Translations under genes and position numbers: made by a program
Assembly (NCBI RefSeq): GCF_009834535.1
Contig: NC_045697.1
Location: 100,442,001-100,506,000 of the forward strand
Direction: 5' to 3'
DNA length: 64,000 nt
Source: Camelus ferus
Taxonomy: Eukaryota
The notes under the pieces: model-generated
The model's database searches: none
What the model saw: the letters and a program-made list of their open reading frames with translations, nothing else
What the model was told of the DNA's origin: nothing
Shown here: positions 26,011 to 38,859 of the stretch, in pieces
Layout: every line of letters begins with the position of its first letter
How positions within the stretch are numbered: position 1 is the stretch's first letter

Positions 26011-28217
26011 GAGTATCCTACGTAGATTGTTGCTTTGCCTTCTGGTACTTGGTCTCCCAGGCTCTTTTCTGTCTACTTATGTCCTGATCCTCTGCTTTAT
26101 TCCTCATTCTCATTCTTCAGGCATGTTGTGATTGATTGCTTATCGTTTTGTCCTTTAATACCTGTTGGCCCCTTAAGACTGGCTTTAACCTTCCTGCTAA
26201 AGTCCATTACACTGTTATCAAAATCTGCTGTGGACATAGCCCTCCACCCTCCAGCTGCCCATGTTCTAAGGCATAGTAGGTCTGCACCTTGTGCAACATT
26301 TGGAAATCTTTTTTGGATTCTTAGATGCAACACTGAATTTCTTTTTAACAACACATCTCTCTGTATAATTTTGATTAATTTTATAATTTTAAGAGTCACT
26401 GCAAATTAACATTTGCCATAATTTCAAAATTGGAGAGAAATAATGTCAAGTTTAAGTAAGAGTCTGAAATTTATTTAAAGAATTTGGATTTGACTTTCTA
26501 ATAGAATATGAGTCACTTCCCAAACATATTTTGTTATGGGGAGAATTTTCTGTGTATTTGACTGTATGAATTTATATTTGCTTTGTATTTACTTTAGTCT
26601 TATAAGATGGACAGCAGCAGGAACATGAGCCTTATCAGTGCAAACACTGAACCTATACACACTTTTTAAAAGCTGTCTGAAAATCTGAGTAGAAGACTCA
26701 GATCATATTATAAAAATTCTGTTCCTTTCCCCAAATCAACTACTAACTTAAAAAAAAACAAACAAACATAGAAAGCCGATTGTCCCATCACACTTTACAT
26801 TGAAGAGGAATGAAAAAAAAAAACATTTTCGACAATGCCATACAAATAGTTCAGAATAAGATATTGAATAGAATTTTAATGAAAAATAAAATTTAGACAA
26901 AATATGATTTGAACAAAAAAAGGAGAAAGAAATCAGCCTATAAGAGAAGGACAACTGTAGATTTAAAATAACCAAAACTAAGTATTTGTCTGTTGCTCTT
27001 TTCAAATTGCAAATGGAGATTACAGGGTGTTTTATATTTTAAATGGAATTATTTTTCTAACTACCAATTGCTTTATGACTATGGACTGTCAAACAGAGCC
27101 TGTTAATGGAATCCAGTTAGATCAAAGGAATTTCAAAGGACTCTCTAAAAAGCACAAATGCCACCAGCAAAATGCCAATTTGGATTTGTCCTTTTATGCA
27201 GTTGGAAGAAAGCAACAAGTATGATGTTTAAATTTTAGTGTCTTGATATGCACCCAGCTTCTGTTTGGGTTTATTGCATTCTTCTAACACTAAGTGAACT
27301 TCTAAATTTCATAACCTCTAACAAGTGCCCGTCACCTCTTACTGAGAACTTTCTCAGTGTGGAATGCAATTAATTATTGGTCTATGGGGAAGAAGTTGCG
27401 AGAAGACACCAACTCTGTACCCAGGTGGCCAGTAGGGGAGGGAGAAGGAGAGGCAGAGAGGCAGGAGAAAGCTGCCTCACAGAGTTGCTTGTTTTACCCT
27501 GGAAGCTGCAAATGGATTCCGAGGCACTTCTGAGACAAGTTTTCCAAAACCCTTTGTTCCGGCAGTGATGTTTATATTCTGCTGCAATCGCTAGATGTTA
27601 TAATCAAGAAATTCAAAACGCATGAACATTGAAAATTCATTAATTATTGATTTGCTTCAGCATCTCTTCCAGATCATGTAAAATGTGCATTCTGACCACA
27701 GATTCTATGAGAAGCTGGCTCATAGAAAAGATTCAAGCTTGTGAAGAATGGACATGATCATCTAAATTACTTGAAACAAGTGAAAGGAAAACCCAAATAA
27801 ATTAATGAAGATTTTTGTTTTCATGTGAATAAGAGTTTTTTTTTCCAGCCCATATTGATAGGATATTTTATTCAAGTCATTAAAAGGGAAATGATTGCAC
27901 AAATCTCCTTTCAAAAGGAAACTGTAGGTTTTAGCATTTAGAATGAAGCTAAAGACTATCAGAAATTTATTAAAAAATTATAAAATGGGCCAAAAGAGGT
28001 TGAAGAATGGTAATGTTAAAGCCTTTCCTAAATATTGTGGATCTTCTTCCTAAAGTGATGCTCCAAGTTCCTGTCATCTAAATCACCAGTTGTAATGTGT
28101 ATATGTTTAAGTGTACAACAGAGATCTCCGCTGACTCAAACTAGATTCACTGGTAACAGCTTTACCAGGTCTGCAGAGGGAGGTATAAATGCCTGGGGTT
28201 TGTCTAGTAAGCCTAGA

Positions 28218-28440
28218 CAGTGATTCTCAACCTGACAGCTTTTGCCCCTCTGGATACATTTGGTAAAAATGTCTGGAGCCATTTTTGGACGTCAAAGCTG
28301 GGGATGGGGGTGGGTACTTTTTACATCTAGTGGGTAGAGGAAGGGATGCTGTTCAACATCCTACAGTGCACAGGACGGGCCCTTACAATGAAGAATTATC
28401 CAGTCCAAAAAGTGAAGAGTGCAGAGACTGAGAAACCCTG
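28218..28440 (+). mobile_element. MER20 (hAT-Charlie), near full length
   Basis: Termini 'cagtgattctcaac' / 'ctgagaaaccctg'. Internal 'catctagtgggtagaggaagggatgctgttcaacatcctacagtgcacaggac'. Near-TSD gcctagac/gcccagac. Confidence 0.92.
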
Positions 28441-28703
28441 GCCCAGACCCAAGCTTGATAGTGAAACTAATGAGAATAGGTATAAAATAAAAAATAATGA
28501 AAGCTAGTTTTCAAGAATGGGATAAAACCACCACCATCATGAAAATGTAGAGACTATAGGAAAGAGAGTTACTATCCATATGGCATAAATGCACACGTGT
28601 TTACTCCGTATCTTAATTCATAGCATTCCAGCACATATCGGTGCTTCTACAAAAACTTTAATAATAGTGGTACTTCTGAATTTTTAACAAAAGGTGAGCT
28701 TTT

Positions 28704-28847
28704 GAAAATTTTTTATTTTATTTTTTATTTTTTGGTGGGAGAGGTAATTAGGTTTACTTATTTATTTTTAGAGGAGGTACTGGGAATTGAACCCAGGACC
28801 TTGTGTATGCTAAGCGTGTGCTCTACAACTTGATTTATATTCTCCCC
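28704..28847 (-). mobile_element. tRNA-derived SINE, Vic-1 type (camelid)
   Basis: Reverse head 'gaggtactgggaattgaacccaggaccttgtgtatgctaagcgtgtgctctac' with T-rich tail. 13-bp TSD aaggtgagctttt (28691-28703, 28850-28862). Confidence 0.92.
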
Positions 28848-28954
28848 ACAAGGTGAGCTTTTTGATGGGGGAAAAGAAACATTTTATTCTTATTCTATGT
28901 AAAGAATATTTATTCTTGTAAAACCAGCAGAATGTGACTAAAATGGGCATTGTT

Positions 28955-29185
28955 TTTTGGGTGGTTCAAATAACAAACCTTTATTTTCTCACAGTTCTAG
29001 AGACTGGAAGTTAGAGATCAGGATGTTAGCAGGGTTGATTTCTTCCAAGGTTTCCTTCCCAGGCTTTTTGATAAATGTCTTCTTCCTGTGTTTTCATGTG
29101 GTTTTCCCTCTGTATACATCAGTGCCCTGATTTCTTCTTTCTATAATCACAGCAGTCATATTGGATTAGGGAAGACCCTAATTGA
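28955..29185 (-). mobile_element. MaLR LTR fragment, MLT1B-like
   Basis: 'tttattttctcacagttctagagactggaagttagagatcaggatgttagcagggttgatttct...cagtcatattggattaggg'. Confidence 0.8.
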
Positions 29186-30330
29186 ACTAAAATGGATATT
29201 TCAATCTGTACATCTGGCAATTGACTTTGGCTTGGCTTAATAACAGAATTTTTAGATCCTTGATATGTTTGGGAGTGAGAAATTACAAAAATGTGTTTAA
29301 AGAATTCTTTAAATGGATAGAAAACTATTGGCATCACTCTGAAAATTTTCAAAAGAAAAATTATTTAGACTTTCAAAAAATAAAGCCAATAAAATAGATT
29401 CTCCCAAGAAACACATTATCTGCATGATTTAATAGAGAAGTTTGGCCCTAGGATGCGGTTGATGTTTCCTGGAAATGTATTTGCTTATTACCTAAGGATG
29501 TGAGAGGCTAAATTTCTAGCTGATACTGACAATACTTTATAGTAGAGACAAAGATTATTGATATTCTTCATGCAGTGGGGAAAGAATATAATCACCATTG
29601 TCCACTCTGAGTTACTAAATAAGAATGTCTGAATTAAAGATCTGTTGGCAGCAGAGCTGTTCTTTGGCCTTTATGTATTTTAATCAGTCTATTTCTTTTG
29701 TATTGAAAATTCGTTAAGGCTCCCATCAGCATTCCAAGAATCATCTGCATTTTTTGCAGAAACTCTCAAGAATTAGATATTATGTGTGAAAACATCTTAT
29801 TCTGGAGGTGAAAAATCTGATCAAGAGATGACTAGTATATTTGACAGTAAGCAATGTTGGCTTAATTTAGCATTTATGTACAGCCATTAGAATGAAAAAT
29901 AATCTATATGGCATTCAGAGTATTTTAAAAATATGCTCGGAATCTACTCTGCTTCTATGCCCTCACTGGCCTTACCTGCCATGGATTACTGATCTGTGAC
30001 TTTTTGGCACAGGAGTAACCCTGTTGTCTGTAATCTTTGTGTTCTCTGCCCACTTGCAAATTATTGATACCATTCTTCTCACTGAGGACCGTGCACAGGG
30101 TTCCAGCTCATCCCTCATCTCTAGCGGAAGGCAGTGGATATGGAAGATGGCACCTCTGTAATATGGCAGGGAGACCCCAGAGCTTGTAAAAGAACAGTGA
30201 GCTTCCATGAAGGGTGTCCTACCACAATGGTAGCGATCAGTCCCCTTTTAGGTACTAGTCCCTTCACACCTGAGGAGGCTTATTATACAGGTATTCCTTT
30301 TAGCACACTGTGATTAAAATGCAAATGTTA

Positions 30331-30478
30331 GAAAGGAACAAAGAAGAAATACCAAATCAACTGCAAAAATAAGTTCAAAATGGCAATAAACACACATCTA
30401 TCATTAATTACTGTAAATGTTGATGGACTAAATGCTCCAATCAAAAGACGCAGAGTGGCAGACTGGATAGTAAAGCAC
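30331..30478 (+). mobile_element. Internal L1 fragment (inter-ORF spacer and ORF2 endonuclease N-terminus), no poly(A), flanked by TSD
   Basis: ATG at 30380 gives MAINTHLSLITVNVDGLNAPIKRRRVADWIVK, the L1 ORF2p N-terminus. 13-bp perfect repeat aatgcaaatgtta at 30318-30330 and 30479-30491. Confidence 0.9.
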
Positions 30479-31639
30479 AATGCAAATGTTATTCTTACGA
30501 ACTGAGGCTTAGGACAGTGCATTTTTGCATTTATGGCCAAATGTCCAGCTTCTCTTTGATTGAAGCAAGTTAGCTCATTTGAACAATTTGAGAGTAAGTG
30601 GTTAGTGAAGCAGGAAAGGAATGAAATATTCTTGGTGGCCCTTTAAAGTTAGTACTCAGAAGCCTCAAATTAAGCCAGGATAGAAATCATCAAGACATCC
30701 ATCATTCACATTTCCCTTGATACTTCTCTTCTTATATAGAAAGATCAGAAAAAGTGTTCACACATCTGATATGAGAGCTATATAATAAATCACAAGTTTG
30801 GTAAAAACAAAACTCCCAAATAACAAAATTAAGTTGTGAAACTGAAAATCATAATTCAAGGTGAATCTTACGCATTGAAAAATGTGATTGATTATTCTTA
30901 AGATGCTTGCCTAGTGACTTAGTGTTTTGAGAATCCCATTACATTGGCTAGAATAAAAATGGCTGTACCTGGGGCTTCATAAGGAATGGTTTCTGTGCTC
31001 TCGGGCCTGAGCAGTAGATCAATGTTGGGAGATTTGAAGCTGCCGTTTAGCCTGCACCTTATTTTAGGCTGCAGTTTAGCAGCATGTAAGAGACCATTGA
31101 ATCATCAGCATGTGCAAACAAATAAGCAGACACTCATTCTTTTTCATGATCAAAGAAATAAACAAGAGTGGTACTAGTTATCTGGCTAAAATAAATTATA
31201 ATAAATGCAAACTTATTACTGTTGAAATTGCCGCATGCATAGCAGAAGGTACATTTATTGAAGTCAGCACACTTAATTACATTTGGAGTAATAAAGAGAG
31301 TAGCCATGAAGTCCAGTGTCTCTTGAGCCTAAACATTAATTTTGATCTAATTTTCTTTTCCTTGATGTTGAGAAAATGAAAAGGCAAATAAAATTAAGAG
31401 ACCAACCTTAACTTCATTAGCTTTGTTAACAGGGGATTATAAACTGCTTGTACCATGTGTATTCCACATTGTGATCCAAGGAAAGGTCGCTTGATTTAAA
31501 AGCCAGTAATGTTATTATAAGAATAAAGGTAGCCATATGGTCTTTCTCATTCTACAAGAGTACAGGAGACATATGTAATGCTGAAGAGTCACAGTGACAA
31601 GGATAGAAGGTACACGAAATTTTAACACTGGAAGGAAAG

Positions 31640-32057
31640 CGTCTTAGTTGCTTGGGCAGCTATAACAGAATGTAGTAGACTGAGTAACTTAAACAACATT
31701 TATTTCTCATGGCTGTGGAGGGATGTCCAAGGTCAAAGTACCAGTACATTTGGTTCCTGGTAAAGACCCATTTTCTGGCTTGTAGACAGCTGCCTTCTTA
31801 GTGTGTGCTTATATGGACTTTCCTGGGTGCTTGCCCATGGAGAGACAGAGAGGTAGAAACTGAGATGGAAATCGAGATAGAGACAGAGAGATCTTCCTCT
31901 TCTTATAAGGACACTAATTCCATCATGAGGCTCTCCCTTCAAGATCTAATACAAACTTCATTGTCTCCCAAAGGCCCTACCTCTAAATACAGTCACATTG
32001 GAGGTTAGGGCTTCAATATGTGAATTTTGTGGTGACATAAACATTCAGTCCATAACA
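31640..32057 (-). mobile_element. MaLR solo LTR, MLT1A-like
   Basis: 'gtcttagttgcttgggcagctataacagaa...tcttcttataaggacactaattccatcatgagg...cccaaaggccctacctctaaatacagtcacattggaggttagggcttcaa...cattcagtccataaca'. Confidence 0.9.
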
Positions 32058-32189
32058 GAATCTATTCTTATGACACTTAGGCTTTTGTCCCAAGACTTTA
32101 CTTTTTAAAATCTCTTACTCAAACTATGTCCAGGTTTTTATTTATTTATTTTGCTTTACAGTGTTGCATACTTGCTGTCAGCACTGGAT

Positions 32190-32209
32190 TGTGTGTGTGT
32201 GTGTGTGTG
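32190..32209 (+). repeat. (TG)10 microsatellite
   Basis: Perfect TG run. Confidence 0.95.
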
Positions 32210-32269
32210 ATCTTGCTTAGACTTTCAGATGTGGTTTAACCACTAAAACATGAAAACTCCAACTCAGAC

Positions 32270-32345
32270 TCCTTCACAGCATGTAGCACAATGCTGGACA
32301 AATAGGTATATCGTTGGGTAAATAACTGTCAGATGAGTAAGTGAA
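32270..32345 (+). mobile_element. L2 3' end fragment
   Basis: 'cacagcatgtagcacaatgctggacaaataggta...taaataactgtcagatgagtaagtgaa'. Confidence 0.5.
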
Positions 32346-32512
32346 GAGCAGAATCCTGGGTATGCCTTGTGGCAGATGGCTCTGGCTGGAATGGCGTTTC
32401 ACCCACTGAGAAGGAGAAAACATCTTGATCAGATAATTGTCCCGCTAGTTGTCCTTGTCATACTGCTTGGCTGTTAGAGATTGAGGCTCTGATTCAGATG
32501 AGAGTACAGATT

Positions 32513-32733
32513 CAGATGCCCCTTGAACAATATGTTTGAATTGCATGGGTCCACTTATACGCAGATTTTTTTCTCACTTGGTGCATACTATATAGCACTA
32601 CATGATCTGAGGTTGGTTGAAACCGCAGATGTGGAACCTCAGATATAGGAATCAAAATATAAACTTAGTCACAGACTTTTGACTGTGCAAGGGTTCAGCA
32701 TCCCTAACCCCCACACTGTTCAAGAGTCAACTA
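32513..32733 (+). mobile_element. Tigger2-family non-autonomous DNA transposon (MER8/Tigger2a-like)
   Basis: Termini 'cagatgccccttgaacaa' / 'ctgttcaagagtcaacta'. 'tttgaattgcatgggtccacttatacgcagatttt' matches the recalled Tigger2 5' end. Confidence 0.8.
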
Positions 32734-33502
32734 TATTAATTTAGAATAACCTACCTAACACTTCTTAGAAGATACAGGACTACTGTGTCTCTTGGAATCA
32801 CTCTATTTGATCCACATTTCCCACAGCTTCATCCTTGGGGCCATAATGATTTAGCTTCAGGGAGAATACAGTTTCTGTTGCTTTTCATCAGGAGGATTTT
32901 CAACTTTTAAAAATTCTGTTATCCATTGTAACTGTCTCACTATGGTAATCATAGGGCTCTGGAAAGAGGGGTACTGGTAAGCATTTCAGTATATTTAATT
33001 TTTAACACTTTCAGTTGATGAAATAAGAGAGGTAGATAAGCATTCAGAAAACAAAGGAATGCAATCTCTAATGGAGCAATAGCAAAATGTTACGTTGAAA
33101 AATGTCAAAAGTAAAGCTAAAACTAGTATGTTTATCCTATACCAATACACTGAAGGAGGCCTTTGTAAAGTCCTAGAGGAAATTTAACTGAGCTAGATGT
33201 TCAGCTCTGATCCCATTTTGGCCTGATAGGTGCTGTCAGAAAGTAGGGAAAGAGACTGATCCTTCTTCGTGTGTAAAATGAAGATGTTGGACAACATAAC
33301 TCCCCAAGGTCTGATATTATATGTATCAAGGAGAAGAAGTTAATATGTTGGGTGATTAATTAGAGGTTTTTCTGCTCCATCTGTCTTTGTATTGATTATT
33401 AGATGACTTCCTGCCAACCTGGTAGTTTTCTGGTAGTTTTACAGCAGAGGTCTAAAGACACTTAAGTGGAGCCCAGATAAGATCTGTTTCAGTTAGGTTA
33501 GT

Positions 33503-33582
33503 CCAATGGTTTTCAACTGGAGACAAGTTTTACCCCCAGGCCCCAGTCCTCAGAGAGACATTTGACAGTGTCTGTAGATATT
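33503..33582 (+). mobile_element. MER20 5' fragment
   Basis: 'caatggttttcaactggagacaagttttaccccc...gacatttgacagtgtctgtagatatt'. Confidence 0.65.
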
Positions 33583-33599
33583 ACTGGAACCATGTAAGA

Positions 33600-34371
33600 G
33601 TAAGTTGCTTACTTAATGCCCCATCAATTTCAGGTATTTGATAGGTATTTCCTAAAAAACAAGGACTTTCTCTTACATAGGTGCACTGCAGTGATTGAGA
33701 TTGGGAAATTAACATCATTACATTACAACTCATTTGCCAGTTGACCAATACTGTCTTTTGTAGCAAAAGGATCTTGGTCAGAATCACCTGTTGTATTGAG
33801 TTGTCATGTCTCTTTAGTTTCTGTCAATCTAAGGCAGTTCTTCAGTCTTTCCTTGATTTTATAACTAGGCACTTTTGAAGATTACAGGCTGGTTTACTTT
33901 TTAGAATGTTTCTCAATTTGGGTTTGTGTGGTGTTGCTTTATGATTAGATTAGAGTTATGCATCTTTGGCAGGAATAGCACAGAAATGGTGCTGTATTCC
34001 TTTTCCTGGTATCTTTTCAGGCAGTGCCTGGTTTTGCTTCCTTCCATTACTGATGATGTTTGCTTTGACCACTTGATAAAGGTGATGCTTTCACAGTTAC
34101 TCACCATAAAATATTTTGTGGGAAAGTACTTTGCAACTGTAAATATCTCATTGTTTGTCAGACTTTCAATTTATTCATTTAAGTATGTGTGAACTTTGGT
34201 ATCATATTTTATCAATAGGTTATAATCCATTATTATCATTATTTATCTTTACACACAATTGGTCCCTGATTGGCCAGTAGGCACCCAGTCAAGTTGTCTT
34301 TTGTATTTTTTTGGCGTATCCGTGTCGTTCTTTGAGCCCTTCCTTGTTTCTTGGCACAAGATGTCCTAGGC
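33600..34371 (-). mobile_element. L1MC-type 3' end (interrupted by MLT1A at 34372)
   Basis: 'tttcctaaaaaacaaggactttctcttacata...gttgtcatgtctctttagtttct...ttagattagagttatgcatctttggcaggaata...ccattactgatgatgtt...ttcttggcacaagatgtcc'. Confidence 0.8.
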
Positions 34372-34771
34372 TTCTATGGACCGAACTGTGTCCCCCCAGA
34401 ATTCATATGTTAAAGTCCTAGCCCCCATTGTGTTGGTATGTGGAGGCAGGTCTTTGGGAGAGAATTAAATTTAAATGAGGTCATGAGGGTAGGGTCCCTG
34501 TGATAGGATTAGTGGCTTTATAAAAAGAGACCAGTGAGCTCTCTTGCACTCTGCCTCTCTCTCTGCCATCTGAAGACATAAGATAGCCATCTGCAAAGCA
34601 GAAAGAGAGCTCTCACCAGGACCCGGATCTGAATTGCCTGGCACTCAGATCAGGGCCTGGATTGGATCTGCCTGGCACTCCCAGACTCCAGAACTGTGAA
34701 AAATAAAATTCCTTTGTTTAAACCACCCGGCCTATGGCATTTCGTTAAGGCAGCCTGAAGGGACCAAGACA
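34372..34771 (+). mobile_element. MaLR solo LTR, MLT1A-like
   Basis: 'ctatggaccgaactgtgtccccccagaattcatatgttaaagtcctagcccc...ccagactccagaactgtgaaaaataaa...gcagcctgaagggaccaagaca'. Degenerate 5-bp TSD taggc/caggt. Confidence 0.9.
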
Positions 34772-36534
34772 CAGGTCCATGTCGTGTTTTTCCCTGTTGC
34801 AGGTCTCGAACCCAATGCCTATCCCCTCAGCCGTTCAGAATCCTGCACAACAGTGCTCTTTTTGTTTCCCTGGAATGCACTTCCTGCTTTGGGCTTTTTG
34901 CCCCATATCTGAAAATCCATTTCATTTCCACAGGGTTCTAATTTCTGTCCTCTGCATCCCTATGAACAGAAAGCCACATGAACCTAGTTAATGTCCAGCG
35001 ATGCTCTAACACTTTTCCATGTCAGTTTTCATCCTCGCAGTATCTCTCTTGGGGCTCCATGTTGGAAGCATGAGTTTTGGCTGGGGCTCTAGGTAGTGCA
35101 CTTGTGTGGCTGGCTGGCTGGCTGGCAGGTACGTGAGCCTCGGGGCAGACGGCTCTCCTGGTCCCCCATGGCCCCGTGGGGCTGAGCAGCCCAGCTGGGT
35201 GTGAGGCTGGCCCTGGCTTTCACCACTGAAGGAGAACAGAAGGACAGGCTTAGGAACACAGGTACCAGGCCAACCAAATTAAAAAGCATCTGAGTCTAGC
35301 TTCTCCTTTGCTCACTGCTGTTTCCAGTTAGATATTTCATTTGGGCTCCAGTGTGAAATACCCTTAGGATGGTAGTTGGGGGAGGTTGGAGATCGTTTTC
35401 TGCTTTGGTTCTCTTCCATACAGTTTTTCTCCCGAATTTCCTCTTGATGAGCCTTGTCACTTGCTGTAATACCAATCTACGTTAAATACAGCAGAAGCAC
35501 TTTGAGACAGGGAGAGGGATGTCAAAACCTGTGAGTAACCTTATCGTTAAGGATCAATGGCCATTCATTGTGTATATGTGTACTTTCTTTGTTTTTACTT
35601 ACATAAATATATATTTTTCAGCATGCTTTAACAAGTCAGGGACAACCATGTGAACATTTTTTTTTTTGGCCTTGGGGCTTTTAAACACAAATAATCATTA
35701 AAAGCAATCTCCAAATTCACTGGGGAATTCCTTTGTAAAATGTATTTGTTATAGTCCAGTGGAAATCACAGTGGAAAATGGTTTGTCTGGCAGGATTTAT
35801 TATAGGTTATTACACAGAGCTACTCTACTTCACATGGATTTCCTTGCTGATTTAAATCTCAGAATTGAAAGTGACAGAGGCAGTGGCCAAGCGGTCCTAA
35901 AACAGGATGTGAGATCCCCAGAGATGACATCCTAGACTCCCCTTCACCAGCCTGCCTGAGGCCCCCAGGCTCCCAGCCTGAAGATATGGATTCTGAAAAA
36001 CACTTAAAAGATATTAAAAAAATATATTCCCTGGGACAGAGGTTGGAATAAGAATATAATAATAATTCATGTTTTATTATTAGTATTATAGTAGATTCAT
36101 TTTCTTCATTTCAGTGATGGAACTGGGAATTGGTGATTGGGGGGGCAGTCAGGGAAAGTATGTAAGTAAGAAAGTGGCAACTTTTTCCCACAGGGTGGTG
36201 ACCTGCTTAGGCAAAGATATATTTGCCAGGTGCCCAAGTAGGGGACTCTGCATAGTATAAAGTCACTGGGCATCTGTTGAGAAAGGAGGGGAACGGAGTG
36301 GACTGGGGGACAAAGTTAACGACCTCACAGCATAGCAGAGAGAAGATCACGTTAACATGGCCAGTGAAGAAAGTGTGAGGTTCTCCTAAGAGCCAAAGAT
36401 GTTAGCAGTTTCTGGAGAGCACAGCAGACGCCTTGCTTTTGTGCTGCCTGCAAAGATGGCTTATACTATTTGTAGTCTCTCTCCGTGGCCGTTCAATTTT
36501 GTTACATTTGTGTGATGGTGTAGCTACAATTTAA

Positions 36535-36745
36535 TTAATTACTATTTATCAGGTACCATACAAACAGATGATATATTCTCATTTAATCCATTTAACATTC
36601 CCATGAAGTAGGTGTTATCACCCACACATCCCCATTTTATAGGTGAGGAATCTGATCTTAGAGGGTGAAATGAAATGATCAGCTTGAATTAGCAGAGTAG
36701 AGCCAGGATTTGACCCAGGTCTGTGTGATCATCAAAGGCCATACT
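36535..36745 (-). mobile_element. MIR SINE
   Basis: 'ctcatttaatcc...ccatgaagtaggtgttatc...cccattttataggtgaggaatctga...agagccaggatttgacccaggtctgtgtga'. Confidence 0.82.
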
Positions 36746-36899
36746 TTGTTTCATGGAGGTTGTAGTGCCTCCAACTGTGGCTCTACCATTTTTTTAAGGT
36801 CACAGACAATGGCTATTGAAGAGTTTGCCTCTTTAGAAATTCTGGACTATGATGTTAACCTTATAAGCACTAAATTCTAACTAACTGGGACAACAAATT

Positions 36900-37400
36900 G
36901 CTTGGTTCTGCTATGTAGTAAACCACCCCAAATCTAGGGGCCAGCAGAAAACATTGATTTAGTTCATGATTCTGTGTGTTGGCAATCTCTTTGGGCCTGT
37001 TGGGCAGTCCATGTGATCGGGGCTGGGTTCATTTCCGTTCGGCTGGACTCGATCAGATGTCTGGAAGCTCAGATTCAACGGCAGGGAAGACCTTCTTCCA
37101 TGGGTCTGTGAGCCCCCCGTAGGCTAGTCTGAGCTTGTTCACGCGGCTGCAGAGCCGTGTCAGGAGCGCCACGCAGAGGGAAGCCTGAATGTGTCAGCAC
37201 TTTTAAGTCTCTCTTTGTGTCACCTTCACTAATGTCCAGTCGATCAGAACTAGTGCCTTGACCAACTCAGATTCAGAGTGGGGAAACAGACTCCTCTGTC
37301 TAGAAGAATCTGCAGCATCTCTTTGCAAGGCATCACGCTACAAAGGTGTCACACTACCAAGTCATGAGTGCAGGAAGGGGGAGAATTTGTGATCTTTTAA
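36900..37400 (-). mobile_element. MaLR solo LTR, MLT1G/H-like
   Basis: 'aaaccaccccaaatctag...ttcatgattctgtgtgttggcaat...aggctagtctgagcttgttcac...ctaatgtcc...cagattcagagtggggaaacagactcc'. Confidence 0.72.
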
Positions 37401-38859
37401 AAAATTGATCATACTTGACTAGTTCTGTCCAGTTATTTTTTAGATTTTTGGTACTTCCCATGAAGGAACATCAGACAAAAATTGGGGATGTGTCCTAGAA
37501 AACATTCATCATTGCTGAATATAGACTTACGAATGTGAAGCCCTATGTCTGGTCAGTCAAGTAGTGAAAACTGCCCATCAGACTTAAGCAAATGAAAAAA
37601 GTTGGATTGCCATAGTCATTACTTGGGCTTCTTTATAAATTGGCTCTTTTTTCATTGGAAGGAGGATTCTAAAAATTGCTTAGGTTTTAAGCAATAAAAA
37701 GTTATGTATGAGTTTTCACAAATGACTGTTACAAAGGCATCCAGAAAACAAAATAGCCTTTGTTCAAACATGCTTTAAAACCCAAGGAAGTCTACTTATT
37801 TGAGCCTTGGATTTGCCCCATGAAGATGAAAAAGCAAGTGATTATGTAATTCAGAAAAGCTTAGAGAAGCCAACTTATTAAAGGCTATAACAAGGAAATG
37901 TCCCTTAGGAAGAAAATTTATCATCAAATGCTGTGGGGTAAACAAATAACTACTACAAGAAGAGAGGTGTCCTCTATCACAGGAAGAAAAAGGGACTTCC
38001 ATCAAGATTTTGCATCGCTGACATTTGTTTGATGGTTACCTGGCAGAAATGTTTTCAGTGCAATTTTCCTTTTTTTTTTTTTTTTTTTCCATTGTGTTCT
38101 TGATTGCTACTGGGTCTGAGTCTCTCCTCTTGAAAGCACTGAATTATTTCATCTTGACTAGGGAACTGAGGACCCATTCACATTACAGCCAGAAAAGTTG
38201 AAGCAAAAGCTGTCTCATCTCCTTTGTTATTCTTGCCCAGAACTCATTCCCTTGAGGGTAATAAACTCCCTTGCAAATAATCCTTGTCAACAGCAGATAC
38301 TTCGTGATATGAAATAAAAATAAAATTTCATACTGGATGTTGAGATATGAGTGTGTTTCTGGGTATATGTCTATGGGAAATCATAAAAAGAGATCGAAGA
38401 CAGTGACCCAGAATTTTCCTTGACCCTAAATCAGAAATGTGCCCCCACAAAATTCTAAATTCATATACTATTACAGCCTCAAACTTGACTTTTCCAGTTG
38501 TTTTAACAACTGAATATGTACCTTTTTTCCCCTCTGTGGCCAAAAAGTTTTTAAAAAAGGCAAATAGGTTTAGATTAAGCTCCAGGCATTGTTCCTTAGG
38601 CAAACCTTGGCTTTGAAGTGTAAAGCTCTCAAGTTAAATAAGTTTAGTAGTTTACTGGCCTTGAGATGATGATGAGTAACACATTCCATATTCTCTTGTG
38701 GCTTTTGTGAGTCATATATTATTGGCTGCAGGCCTGTTTTCTAAACATCAGTTGGCCAAAAGCAAGCTTCCAGAAGCAAATTTACCAAATTCCGTTTTCC
38801 AAGTGGTTAATTTGCAGTGTGGCCAATTTCTGAATTGAGTGGAATCTGTGTGGCTGAGC

